A stretch of 64,000 bases of DNA from Stegostoma tigrinum (Eukaryota): NCBI RefSeq assembly GCF_030684315.1, contig NC_081364.1, forward strand, positions 53,282,152-53,346,151, given 5' to 3'. This document shows positions 1 to 12,432 of the stretch, piece after piece. Numbering within the stretch: position 1 is the stretch's first letter; the number at the start of each line of letters is the position of its first letter. The position numbers were made by a program, and so were the translations under genes. The notes under the pieces are model-generated. The model ran no database searches. It was not told where the DNA came from and worked only from the letters and a program-made list of their open reading frames with translations.

Positions 1-144
1 AACTGATACTCTGTGCATTTTAATGTCCTAATGCAAGAAAGGAAACACTTTAAATGGAGGCAGCACAGTTCACTAGACGGACTCCTAGAATTATTAGGTA
101 ATCCTATTCATACAGAGATTAGATTGTGCCAAAACTGTCTGGAA

Positions 145-385
145 ATAAGAAGGAAAGGTGATCTCATTGCAGCGTATAAAATTCTGAGGGGGTTGACAAG
201 GTAAATACCTAAAAAGGTTGTTTCCCCTCAATAGGAAATCTAAAAGTGAGGGGCACAGCCTCAGAATAAAGGATCAACCATTTAGTACTCAGATGAGAAG
301 GAACTTCTTCGCTCAGACATCGTGAATCTTTGGCATTCTACACCCCAAAGGCCGGTGGATATTCAGTTGTTGAGTATTATTAAAG
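145..385 (+). mobile_element. CR1-clade LINE, 3' fragment
   Basis: RRKGDLIAAYKILRG remnant followed by CR1-type 3' sequence. Confidence 0.7.
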
Positions 386-2164
386 GGTGCCAGGTTAAAA
401 ATATAGAAAACACAAAACACATGAATTTCAAATTGGCAGCATTGTTCAACAGCTGTATATATTTAATCATATGTTGGACTGTAGAATTGTAGATTGCTTA
501 CTAATGGTCAGCAGCTGAGCAAAAGTAGAACTCAAGTGAACAAATGAATGGGGAGGAGAGGGAACTATGTTGCTTCATTTTGTCCAAACATATTGAAAGT
601 TGATATGTTACATATCCTTAACCCACCCAAGCCGTTTGTTAACAACATGGTGGAAAATAGGAGGAGAACTGCTATTAAAAATATGTTATATTGAGTATCA
701 GGTATTTCAAATCCACTAAGCCCGGATACACACAAAAAAATTTGCATGGGTTTGCATTCTAAAGTGGTTGAAGGATATTGAAACTGAATTGAAACTTAAA
801 AGGGATTAGAGAGCTTGAGAATTTTTAAGTTCACGTATGGTGTTATTTTAATATTATTGAGTGAAGTGATCTGTGAGTAATGAACTTGAAATAACAAACC
901 AAATTAACGAGCACAAGTCAGATTGTATTATTAAGACAGCATGCATAACAGAATACAGTGAATTTTAGAACAAGTTGTGGAAATAGATAAACTCAAAGAG
1001 AATGCGAATATAGACAACTGCAGCAACAATCACACTCAATGGTTAAGATATGAGTGAAAAAATAATTAAGATAAGCAAGAGCATGTCCTCTAAAAGCGTA
1101 AAATTTCAGTGAATTTTATGACTCACTTAAGCTGTAAATTACAGTTATAACTCTAAAATGATTGAATTTCATCAACAGTAAAATATGATTTAATACTGTT
1201 AATGACTTGTTTAATATTTAGGTTTACACCAGTGAAGTGACAGGGCAATTCACATTCCATTTAGTAAAGAGAAATAGTATGAAAATTTTTGGAAGTAGGA
1301 TGAGAATAAAATCTTTTGCATCAGCTTCAACCTTAAAAAAAGGTGAGATGGCTTGGAATCAGTCATCGAACTGGTAATTTGAATATAGTAAGGATGACGG
1401 TCCATGAGAAAACCAAACTTCCTTGTTAAACCAACTGAAAGCATGCCAGTAGAAGACATGTTGGGGAGTTAAAGTTGTAATTGCAGCTGCAGAACTGAGA
1501 GATAGTGTTTATTTTAACCTTGCAAGGTCAAAATAGACAGATGGTACTCCCAAGCTTGTCAAGTTTATAAATGGATTACAGTACGGTGATTGGTTAAATA
1601 TAACATAAATGTAATCAGAACTGATCTTACAGACTTTATAACAAATGTGTAGAAATTAGCATACTTTCTGACCTTTTGTATTAAGGTATAAGATTCCACA
1701 TAGTAAAATCAAATTAGGGAAAACAAACTTAGTCATAAGGAATGTCTGATTTGATGGGAACTTTTCTAATTAAGCTAGAATTGATATTGTTCAAAGACAT
1801 CAATCCAGCGTCCAGATTACATTGGCCTCCCTTTTCTCTTTAATGAAGCAAAGAATATTTGTCTGAATAATGTCACAATGACAATCTCAATGAAGAGGAT
1901 GGACCCATTGATAACTGACAAGGAGCCTGTCTGTAGACAGTGGAGTGAGGGTGTGACTTTGGTCAATGTCCATCACTTTTATATCATGTTTAGCTCAGGC
2001 CAATCAGAATGAAATTGATCATGCTGTGGGTGTTGCTTGAAAAGAGTTAAGTAGCAGTTTTCAGTGGCCAAGATGCATCAAGTGAGAAACTTTAAAGTCA
2101 TCCCACTTCCAGCTGGGAAAGGATAGTGTTTTGAGGTGTTGGACACTTTATTTGGCCTACTTTT

Positions 2165-2730
2165 GAGCATAGGAGTTAAGGCGTTGCGTTGACGTTGTAC
2201 AGGATGTTGGTGAGGCCTTTTCTGGAGCACTGTGTCCAGTACTGGTCACCCTGTTATAGAAGGATATCATTATGCTGCAGAGGGTTCAGAAGAAATTTAT
2301 CAGGATTTTGTGGAAATGGAATGTTGTGTGGGGAGGCTGTTTAGGCTGGGACTTTTTTCACTGTAGTGTAGGAAGTTGAGAGATGACCTTATAAAGTAAT
2401 GAGAGGTATAGATAAGGTGAATGGAAGGTATCTTTCCCATAGGGTAGGGATTTCAAAACTGGGGTGCATATTTTTAAGGTGAGAGGAGAAAGATTTTAAA
2501 GTTTGAGGGCCAATTTTTTTTTTTAAACAGAATGGTTCACATGTGGAATGAACTTCCAGAGGATATGGTGGGTACAGTTACAATGTTTAAAAGACATGTG
2601 GATACATACATGAATAAGAAATGTGTGGAGGGACGTCGGCCAAGCACGGGTAGGTGGGACTAGTTCAGTTTGGGATGATGGTTGGCATGGACTTCAGTTG
2701 AACTGGAGAGTCTGTTTCCGCGCTGTACGA
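2165..2730 (+). mobile_element. CR1-clade LINE, 3' fragment
   Basis: Degenerate match to the 3' part of the 8880-10950 element. Confidence 0.75.
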
Positions 2731-3845
2731 CAACACCTCAACTTAGGCATTTGCCATGTGACATCAGGAAGAACTGAAAGGGAAAATAATGTAAGTTTGT
2801 AGGTAACAGCAAGGCACATCCTGCAGCTAGGAAATGCATATGGTGATATATTTGAACTAATGCAATTGTGATTGGATAATACAATCATGTGTACTACTTG
2901 GAATGCAAGTTATGCAAATATGGTTTGTCAATGTTTAATTGGAAGGAAATACTTCTAGATATAGCTGAATAGAAGCTTATCAGTAAAAGTAGCGTAATAT
3001 CTTTGCTCATGATGATGATTTGAGTTATGTGCCAATTTTTTTTAAATGTGTACTTCTTCCATGCATGCATTAATAAACTTATTAGAAAGAAACCCAAGTC
3101 TTGTCTGGTCTTAAAGGAACGAAATGGTAGAATTCTCCGGTAATATTACATTGAAATCTGCTTTCCATAGTTTTGTCTGTTCTTAATCTGAATGATGATT
3201 TGTAATTCTATGCTTCCATCTACCCTGCACATGGACAGATACCAGCAAATTCATCTGTCTTCCTCTTTGATCATTTAAGTCATTAGGAAATATGGTAAAT
3301 ATTGGAGGCTCCAATACAGAGTCTCATAGGTCACAACTAATGGTACACAGCCTGCGAGATATAGTACTTGCCCATTAACCCTACCCAGTCTCTTGCTGCA
3401 GCCAATTTCTTATCAAATTTAATAATTTGTCTTCAGTGAGGGAGTCCTAGCATTTGGCTTCCAGAAAGTCACAGAAATAACATCTATACTTGGTCACTTT
3501 AAAAAAATGCATTGAGGTTTGTCAGGCAGGACAACATTTAAAAACTCTGATCAGTGGACCGTTTTTAAAGATGTTTAATCACTCTATTCCCTGGTATAAA
3601 CCCAGATGCTAATGTTGCTGGGAACACATGTTGCTTAGGGTTTCGGCTGCTTCAGCAGCAGTTTGATGCTCCAACATTCTGAAGATCTGTGATATGTTGC
3701 ATAGAATATTCTTTAAAGTTCCTTCGTTACTTTTGTTGTAATAATAATTATAATGCATTTTAATGATCAGAGATATTATACCGCAGCTGTTAAAATTTTT
3801 AAAAAATTTATTTATTAAAACTAAATTTCCACTCTAACACAGTAC

Positions 3846-5096
3846 CTGGAGTGTGGTTGATCTCTGCAAAACCTTTTCTTTGACTTTGGGATTCGTGGAA
3901 ATCTTCTCCAAAATCTCGGCGTGTAAAGGGTCCGAAACCAAAGCCTCACTTAGGGTCACATCTTGTTGACTCAACAGCCGGTACTTGGAGGCTCTGAAGA
4001 AAATCGAGAGGCCTTCGTGTTGCTTCTCCTTGATGCGAAACGCTCCCCGAAAGCCGAAAGCATCAAGGGCCGGGACCAAGCTGTCGGCGAACACGCTCTT
4101 ATCCACCTCCTGGAGACAGATGATGTCGGCGTTGTAGCCGCTGAGCTCCTTCTTGACGAGGTTCTGCCTGTAATCGAGCTCGAGTGCATAGGGCGGACAG
4201 TAGGGATATAGGGTATTTCTGGAGAGCTCGGTCTGAGCGTACACGTCGGCTAGAATGTTGTAAGAAACCACCCGGACCAGCGGTTCCTCCAGGGCCCGGC
4301 GGGTGAGCCACTGGCGGCTGTCAAAGGTACAAGCCCCCGGGCCGGCCTCCACCACGCCGGCACTCTCCAGCTCCACCGGCGCCCCGAAGCGCCGCTCGTC
4401 GCCCGGTTGGCATCTCAGCTTCAGCCTCAGGCCGACGTGGCCGTTGCTGGGCGTGAAGACCCGGCCGTTAGCCGCCGGCTCCCAGCCCCCCGCTGCCTCC
4501 TTCAGCCACCACTCGAACAAGGAGTGCGAGGCCTCCCCGAACTCCACTTCCACCTTGGGGCAAACCGGGAAGCCGGCCAAGATGGAGGTGGGCAACCGGA
4601 GCTGGGTCAGGGTGGGCGGGTTTCTCTCCACTCGGTACCTGGACTCGCCCACCTGTAAGATAGCTCCATCCTGCCAGGCCTCGGCGTTCCTTGTGTCCCC
4701 GGGAACCGGTTGGTCTCCCTGGTACAGGATCACTGGCGGGGCCGAGGCCTGTGGCGGGGCCGGGTCCGGGTCCGAGGCCGCGGCCTCCTTACGGCCTTTC
4801 CTGGGCTTCTTGGCCTGCGCTTTGACCAGATTGTGGGCGATGCGGCCGAGCGCCGTCTGCAGGCTCTCGCTCTGCTCCCGCTGCAGATGCCGCTGGCTTC
4901 CGCCCTCGGGCCCGAGCCGCAGCGAGATGGTCAGCTTGGCCTCGGTGGGGACGCAGCGGACAGTCGCGGTCTGCATGGCCGTCCGGCCCGGGCTCGGGCC
5001 CCGGCCCCGGCTCCGGCTCGAGGAAAAGCGGGCAGCCAGTCGCTGTAAAGCGGCCGAGGGCAGAGAGCGGACGGCGACAGCGACCAGGCCGCGCAT
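3846..5096 (-). CDS. PDE12: 2',5'-phosphodiesterase 12 (CCR4/nocturnin-family deadenylase), coding exon 1; downstream exons lie outside the window
   Basis: The ORF has an Arg/Ser-rich presequence, VRCVPTEAKLTISL, and EEP motifs RVVSYNILADVYA and YNADIICLQEVD. It ends RSTTLQ|gtactg (GT at 3845-3844, phase 0, 417 codons). Confidence 0.96.
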
Positions 5097-5720
5097 GGGG
5101 CCTGTCCGCCCGCTTCACGCGCACATCCCTCACCGCGGGTCCCCCCAACAGGAAAGATATCGGCTCCCGATTAAAGATACATCAAAATAGTAAACCCATC
5201 GTACGGAGGGAAATTATAAAACAGTGCGCGCGGCGCTGGCAGGCCGGTTATTGTTTAATTTATTTTAAAATGGTTAAGGAACTAGAAAGTCTTGTGCCTG
5301 CACATTCAGATGCCTCATCACTCAGTCTGTGTACTAAACCGACTGTGGGGATCACTCCGCCGCACATGGAGGTGAAGTTTAAAATAATTATTTCAGACTT
5401 CGACAAAGCACAAGCCAGATAAAGGTGGGGCCGGGCGGGGGTCTGGTGTTGGAGTGAACCCTAGACGCCGCAAACCAAATGCATGCCGAATTAGTGCTCA
5501 GGGAGAACAGTGTGAACTGCACAAACGCGAAATGGTGCAGCAGTATGAACGCGCCTCTCCAACCCAAGAGTGAAGTGTGAGGCTGTCGTGACGATGCTGG
5601 GGCAGGTTTGTTTTTAATTGCGAACTGATGTCCCCGCATTTTAAGCACAATAGTGGCCAAAAGGGGCAGCGTACGCCCTTTTGCTGACTGGAGAGAAGAC
5701 GTGCGAGAGCTGTGATGACC
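3950..5720. promoter_or_regulatory. CpG island over the PDE12 promoter and exon 1
   Basis: Dense CpG and high GC against CpG-depleted flanks; GC-rich element gggcgggg near 5434. Confidence 0.8.
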
Positions 5721-5806
5721 ACAATTGAAGCTGAGATAAGGGGCGCTGGAGAATCCGAGGTGGATGAACACAGCAGGCCAAGCAGCACCTCAGGAGCACA
5801 AAAGCT

Positions 5807-5834
5807 GACGTTTCGGGCCTAGACCCTTCTTCAG
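5807..5834 (-). ncRNA. Minimal hammerhead ribozyme motif
   Basis: Reverse complement reads ctgaagaagggtctaggcccgaaacgtc. Confidence 0.65.
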
Positions 5835-5887
5835 AAAATGTCAGTCATTTTGTCAGTCATTTGTTGACATCAAATGTCAGTTATTTT

Positions 5888-5915
5888 CTGATGAAGGGTC
5901 TAGGCCCGAAACGTC
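5888..5915 (+). ncRNA. Minimal hammerhead ribozyme motif
   Basis: ctgatgaagggtctaggcccgaaacgtc. Confidence 0.68.
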
Positions 5916-7136
5916 AGCTTTTGTGCTCCTAAGATGCTGCTTGGCCTGCTGTGTGCATCCAGCTCCACACGATTGAAGCTGGCCTTTATTTCGAAGTGAA
6001 TGGAGAAAAATAGGGAAGTCTTCCTAAAAGTATCCAAGGCAGTAGTTAGTCCACAGCTGAAGTACTGCGAACAGTTTCGCTTCCTCGTATCGAAGGAAAG
6101 AAACACTGACAGTGGAAGCAGTCCGGGGAAGGTTTCCTAGGTCAGGTTTTGTTTTAAAGAGAGAGGTTGAGTAGGTTCGGCTTGTGTTCCCTGGAATAAA
6201 AAAAGAATGAGGGACAAACTTATTGAAACATAAAATTTTTCTGGACTGAACAGACCCAATAGGCCCCATCCAGAATCCTGCCAGTTCTGTGTGTATATGA
6301 GTAGTGGGGAGTTTGCACGTGATGTAATGACGTAATGGGTCTGGAGTCATGTGCAAGCACAGTTCCAATGTCTGCAAACTCTACCTATTATGTTAGCTTT
6401 ACTAAAATGCAAGACTTCTTGCTGAGAATAAGTATCAGAAAATTTGTTCACTAAAACAACTAAAGAAACTACAGTGCTTATCACAGACATCAATGTAGTC
6501 TGAACTCAAGCATTTAAGAAGCTGTTTGACTGTCTAATCTTCCTGATGAATACTGATGTACAGTGGCAGCTATTAAAGTTGGGACAGACAACTTTTATAT
6601 GAGAATCTTCCAAAACAATAACACCATAATATCACATGGGAGGATGTTACACAACTCTTTTTCAAAGAGAATGTGCTTGCCTGATCTCATTACATGTAAA
6701 TATTATAAACATGAACCATACACATAACATGAATTGTCCCAGGGAAGTTCCTGGAGAAAAGAAATTCACAGCCATTCAGATCAAGAAGAAGTTGAGAAAT
6801 AAGGCTGCAACGACAAATCAGAAACTGAAATCTGATATTCACCCAGACTAACCTAAAAGATCTTTACTGAAATTTTGAAGGAGTTATCCAAAGAACGATG
6901 CCCTGAAACCAAACAACTTCATGTTGACGGTGAGATAGTAAGAACTTCCAGTGCTGGAGTCAGAGATAATACTGTGGATCTGGAGGAAAACAGCAGGTCA
7001 AGGAGCATCAGAGAAGTAGCAAAGCTGGCATTTCAAGTCAGGACCCTTCAGAAAGGGGGGAAGGAGTGGGAGCTCTGAAATAAATAGAGGAGGAGTGGGG
7101 CTGGGCAAGGTAGGTGGGATGGTGTTTGGTGAGTTC

Positions 7137-7425
7137 AGATAGGGTGCACAATCTAAAAATTAAGGCCACAACATTCAGGAGAGATGTTAGGAGGCACTTT
7201 AACACACATGGTGGTAGATATTTGGAACCCTCTTTCCACAAACAGCAGTTGACGCTAGATCAGTTGTTAATTTTAAATTTGAGATAGATAAATTTTTGAT
7301 CAGCAAAGATATTAAAGGATTATGGGCCAAAGACAAGTATATAGAGTTAGGTCACTATCAGCCATGATTTCACTGAATGGTGGAACAGATTTAAGGGGCT
7401 GAATAGCCTACTCCTGTTCCTATTT
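7137..7425 (+). mobile_element. CR1-clade LINE 3' end
   Basis: Typical tail ...ggggctgaatagcctactcctgttcctat. Confidence 0.7.
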
Positions 7426-8879
7426 CCAATGAAATTCAACAAGTAAGATGACTTGTGTCAGAATGATAAGATACACAAAGAAAAAATCTTTACCAGTGTG
7501 TTCTGTCACTGCAAATGATTTTGCAGATTGAGCTGCTGTTAAGAAGAGCTGCAGCTCATCTCAATAAACCACGATAACGATTGGAAGTACAAGATCCTCC
7601 AAACATAAGCAAAGAAATATTGTGTCTAAATGTATCCAGAGTGTTTGATGAAAAGGTTGTATGCTTTGAAGGCTGAGAAGAAACCAGTAATTCATCCCTA
7701 ATAGTTACAATAGAATTAAATGTAAATTTTGAAAGAGAGCTCCATGAGATGGAAAAGAATTCCTGTCGCCATAGAGCCCATCATCGGTTAAACCCCTTCC
7801 TGTGAGAGAAAAGCCAATGGTAACCATAAATTTGTCTGCATCCCAAAGATTTTTAGGTAGTGATATTTCAATACAATAATAAATTGAAGTGAAAATCGAA
7901 GGTCACCATAACCTCAGAACTAGTCCTGTGAACTGAATTCACACAGGTAGGACTGTAGCTGTGCAGTATCCTTGTTTCTAAGCTTCCCAGCCCCTCAGTT
8001 GAATTGATTAATGACTCCCCAGTGCTCTTTCATCTTATTAACCCTGGCGTGTTTCATGTAGCTTGGGAACATTGCTTGTTAGAGCCATAATTTGGGATTG
8101 AGTTCAATTAATTAGTTATTTAAATATTGAAGAAATTGACCCAGAATCTCTTCAAAGAGTTTCCCACTTCCTTTGGAACTGGGCCTGGTGAAATTGGGAA
8201 TTTGATAAGATCCCACCAGGTTGGATTTTTCAGAACTGAAATATAAATATACATTCTGGATGTGAGTTTGCTCACTGAGCTGGAAGGTTAGTTTTCAGAC
8301 GTTTCATCACCATTCTAGGTAACATCAAGAGTGAGCCTCCGATGAAGCTAAATATACATTCTTCCATCACTTTAGTTCTGTCTGATCTGCATTTGCATGT
8401 TTATTAAAGCTTTTGTGATAAAACGGGGTTCCATAATTTTATTATTCCGTTCTGTATTTACTTATTGTAGGGTAATTTCAAAGATTTATAGAGAAGTAAC
8501 AAAAACAAACAACATAAAACTGGAGCTACCAGTTCTGCAGAGCTGTTCTTAAAGACTTTAAACATCAAAATTAATGACACGGAAACACAAACATTGTGAA
8601 ATATTTTCTGCACCAGTTAGAGAACTACAGTTTAAAGCAGTTTCAAGAAGGTAGGCAAAGAACACTACAGATATTTTATTTTTCATGTTTACTTTATTCT
8701 AAAAAATAATTGAGTGATTGTACAAAGCAGAGTAGTTACAGACCAAATCAATAAATTAAAGTTGTACCATCATTTTTGAAACAAAGTAATTTATTTATAA
8801 GGAAATAATGCATAGACAAGAACTTAATAAGTATTCTGTTTGAATGTTAATTTGAACAAGTTACAGAACAGACGATGGA

Positions 8880-10950
8880 GTAGCCAGTGTTCAGACAGAT
8901 AGAACAAGCAGACAATCTGTGAGGAAGGATAAGCTGTTGATGGGGCAAAGTGGCAGTCAGTGCGACAGGTTGAGGTGTCTCTACTTCAATACAAGTGTCA
9001 GGAATAAAGGTGACAAGCTTACAGCATGGATCAGCAGTTGGAACTATGATGTGGCCATAACGGAGACTTGGATAATACAGGGGCTGGAATGGTTGTTGGA
9101 TGTTCCGGGGTATAGATGTTTCAAAAGAAATAGGGAGGGAGGTAAAAGAGGTGGGGGAGTGGCATTGCTAATCAGGGAAGGTATCACAGCTGCAGAAAGG
9201 CTTTCTATACTAATGTGAGGAACAAGAGGATAGCCAAGTAAAGGTAGGGCCAGTTAGGGATAGTGGAGGGAACTTGTCAGAGGAGGTAGGAGAGGTCCTT
9301 AATGAATACTTTGCTTCAGTATTCACCAGTGAGAGGTTCCTTGATGTTTGTGAGGATAACATGAAACAGGTAGATATGCTCGAACAGGTTGATGTCAGGA
9401 AGGAGGATGTGCTAGAAATTTTGAAAAACATGAGGATAGAAAAGTCCCTGGGCCAGATGGGCTATACCCAAGATTACTATGGGAAGCAAGGGAAGAGATT
9501 GCTGCCCCTTTGGCAATTATCTTTGCATTCTCACTGTCCACTGGAGTAATACCAGAAGATTGGAGGGTAGCATATGTTATCGCTATATTCAAGAAAGGGA
9601 ATAGGGATAATCCTGGAAACTACAGACCAGTCAGTCTTACTTCTGTGATGGGCAAATTACTGGAGAGGATGCTGAGAGATAGTATTTATGATTATTTGGA
9701 AAAGCACAGTTTGATTAGAAATAGTCAGCATGGCTTTGTGAGGGGCAGGTCATGCCTCACAAGCATTATTGAATTCTTTGAGGATATGGCAAAACACATT
9801 GATGAAGGTAGAGCAGTGGATGTGGTGTATATGTATTTTAGCAAGGCGTTTTATAATGTTTCCCATGGTAGGCTCATTCAGAAAGTAAAGAGCATGGGAT
9901 TCAGGGAAATTTGGCTGTCTGGATACAAAACTGGCTGTCTAATAGAAGACCGAGGGTGGTAGTAGATGGAAAGTATTCAGCCTGGAGCCTGGTGACCAGT
10001 GGTGTTCCACAGGGATCCGTTCTGGGACCTCTGCTCTTTGTGATCTTTATAAATGACATGGATGAGGAAGTGGAAGGATCGGCTAGTAAGTTTGCCGATG
10101 ACATGAAGGTTGGTGGAGTTGTGGACAGCATGGAGGGCTGTTGTGGGTTGCAATGGGACATCGACAGGAAGCAGAGCTGGGCAAAGAAGTGACAGATGGA
10201 ATTCAACCCAGAAAAGTATGAAGTGACTCATTTTGGAAGGTTGAATTTGAATGTAGAATACAGGGTTAATGGCAGGATTCTCGGCTGTGTGGAGGAACAG
10301 AGAGATCTTGGTGTACACGCCCATAGATCCCTCAAAGTTGCTACACAAATTGATAGGGTTGTAAAGAAGGCATATGCTGTGTTGGCTTTCATTGGCAGGG
10401 GAATTGAGTTTAAGAGCTGTGAGGTTATGCTGCAGCTCTGTAAAGCTCTGATGAGACCACACTTGGAATATTGTGTTCCATTCTGGTCACCTCATTGTAG
10501 GAAAGATGTGGAAGCTTTTGAGAGGGTGCAGAGGAGATTTACCAGGATGCTGCCTGGACTGGAGGGCAAGTCTTAACAAGGAAAGGTTGAGAGAGTTAAG
10601 GCTTTTTTCATTGGAGTGAAGAAGGATGATAGGTGACTTGATAGAGGTATACAAGATGATGAGAGGCATAGATAGACTGGATAGTCAGATTTTTTTCCCT
10701 GGGTGGAAATGACTATTATGAGGGGGCATATATTTAAGGAGATTGGAGGAAGGTACAAGGGAGATGTTAGAGGTAGGTTCTTCACACAGAGTGGTGGGCA
10801 TGTGGAATGCGCTGCCAGCAGTGGTAGTGAAGTCAGATACTTTAGAGACTTTTAAGTGACTCTTGGATAGGCACATGGAGGATAGTAACATGTAGGGGAT
10901 AATAGGCAGGCACAACATCGTGGGTCAAAGGGCCTGTATTGTGCTGTACT
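8880..10950 (+). mobile_element. CR1-clade LINE (HER1-like) ORF2 remnant with internal deletions
   Basis: Endonuclease DVAITETW..GGGVALL; RT PGNYRPVSLTS, GVPQGSVLGPLLF, KFADD; stops and frameshifts; short-repeat 3' tail. Confidence 0.93.
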
Positions 10951-12200
10951 CTTCTATGTTCTATGTTCAAATGTCCATTATCATGGTTGAAGTGATTCAG
11001 ATAAAGTGTTCTGGGAGGATGGGACATGTTTGGAAAACAATATCCCATGGAGAGGAAAAATGGGTTGGAGATGGTCTGTTTGTAGAATACAAGAATAAAG
11101 GATTGGTTTATATTTAGAAAGATGATGATAACAGATTTAAGGGAGAGACAACACAAGTGGAGACAATCGTTCAGAAATGGGCAGCTAATAGGAGTTAAGA
11201 AGGAACAAAATCAGAAATTGCTGGAAAAGCTCAGCAGCTTTCTCTCTACAGACGCTGCCAGATCTGTTAACATCTTCAACAGTTTCCAGCTTCCAGCATC
11301 CACAGTTATTGGCTAGGAAGAAAGTTTTGTGCAATCTTGTCATTGTTTTCTTTCTTCTTGGATTTTTTTTTATGAATGATAGGACCACAAAAGCAAGGAT
11401 TGCTGATCAACAATGTGAGAACCCTAAATTTGATGCCTGAAGTGATATTCCAAATTAATCTTTGCAGTAATTGAAAATGCTTTATCACAAATCTTCAATT
11501 ACATTTTGCTATTTTCAACCAAAAGAAATTGTCCTGGCTTATGCATTTAGTAAGTAATAAAGCAACAACAATTAGAGTTTGTTCCCGTCCTTGCCAAGTT
11601 GGCTTTCCTTGTTTCTTTGTGCATGGGCTACGTTAAACAAAAAATACTCAAGGTTTCTACTTCTAACTTCTAAGTAGTGAATTGGTGAAAAAAATCTCAT
11701 AGCCTGTTTGGTCTCTCTGTAGGGCTGTATTTGCCTCTCATCATGTTATACATGGTATTTATAACTGGGAAACTGTTTTGATGCCTGTGGTGGTGCTAAG
11801 GTAACATTACACATAGATTGACCCAAGGCTCATGGCAATCGAAGTATTAAAATGAAAAATATACCATTTTTTTATATTACACTGCCCATGCATGACCTTT
11901 AGCTTATTAACTGCTATCTAGCACCCACTTCTTTCGGCATGCTTTACATATCATACCATATATGCTAGAAATGATAGGAATTGATATGTTGGACTATATT
12001 AAGTAACATTCTTGCTTGCTTAAGGTGGATGCAAGAAAAAGTCTCAAGATATAAACCTAGCACATTTTGATGAGATGAAAGGTAATACAGGTGAGGAAAA
12101 TGAAGGCTAAAGAGATTGCAAATTTTGATGGAAGTCTTAGTGGAGATTATTCTGCATTATGTGCTTCTTCTGTCTTAGGGCTGTAAACAGTGCTTTTGCA

Positions 12201-12371
12201 TTAATTGTACTCTTCCATCCTTTTTAAATGGACCAACATATGCCCTGAATAAGCAAGGACTAGCACAAGAATGAGAGAAATTAGTAGGCCCATCAAGACA
12301 GCTGGTGTAAAGAATGAGGCACAGTCTCTTGCTGAAGCAAACTGTCCTGCTTTAATATTAAAGCCTTGAAT
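12201..12371 (-). CDS. ATP6AP1L: V-type proton ATPase subunit S1-like, last exon (TM helix and tail)
   Basis: ctgcag|IQGFNIKAGQFASARDCASFFTPAVLMGLLISLILVLVLAYSGHMLVHLKRMEEYN*; Ac45/VOA1 TM signature. The spliced CDS totals 1197 nt (398 aa). Confidence 0.95.
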   Translation of the reverse strand: MQGFNIKAGQFASARDCASFFTPAVLMGLLISLILVLVLAYSGHMLVHLKRMEEYN

Positions 12372-12432
12372 CTGCAGAGATACCAAAGAGGGAAAAATAT
12401 TACCTTTCTAAGCTAATACACTCACCATAAAA

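Larger units (their letters stand above)
5734..5971. mobile_element. Palindromic non-autonomous PLE-derived element with two inverted hammerhead-bearing termini
   Basis: Arms are reverse complements; TSD attgaagctg at 5724-5733 and 5972-5981. Confidence 0.85.

Noticed and set aside
4303-5190. 295-aa plus-strand ORF and other ORFs overlapping PDE12
   Set aside because: Antisense or shifted-frame shadows of a GC-rich coding exon; no recognisable domain.
7494-7672. Exon-like segment on the minus strand between the ATP6AP1L-type gene and PDE12
   Set aside because: Splice-like signals only; stop codon in the best frame and no recognisable homology.
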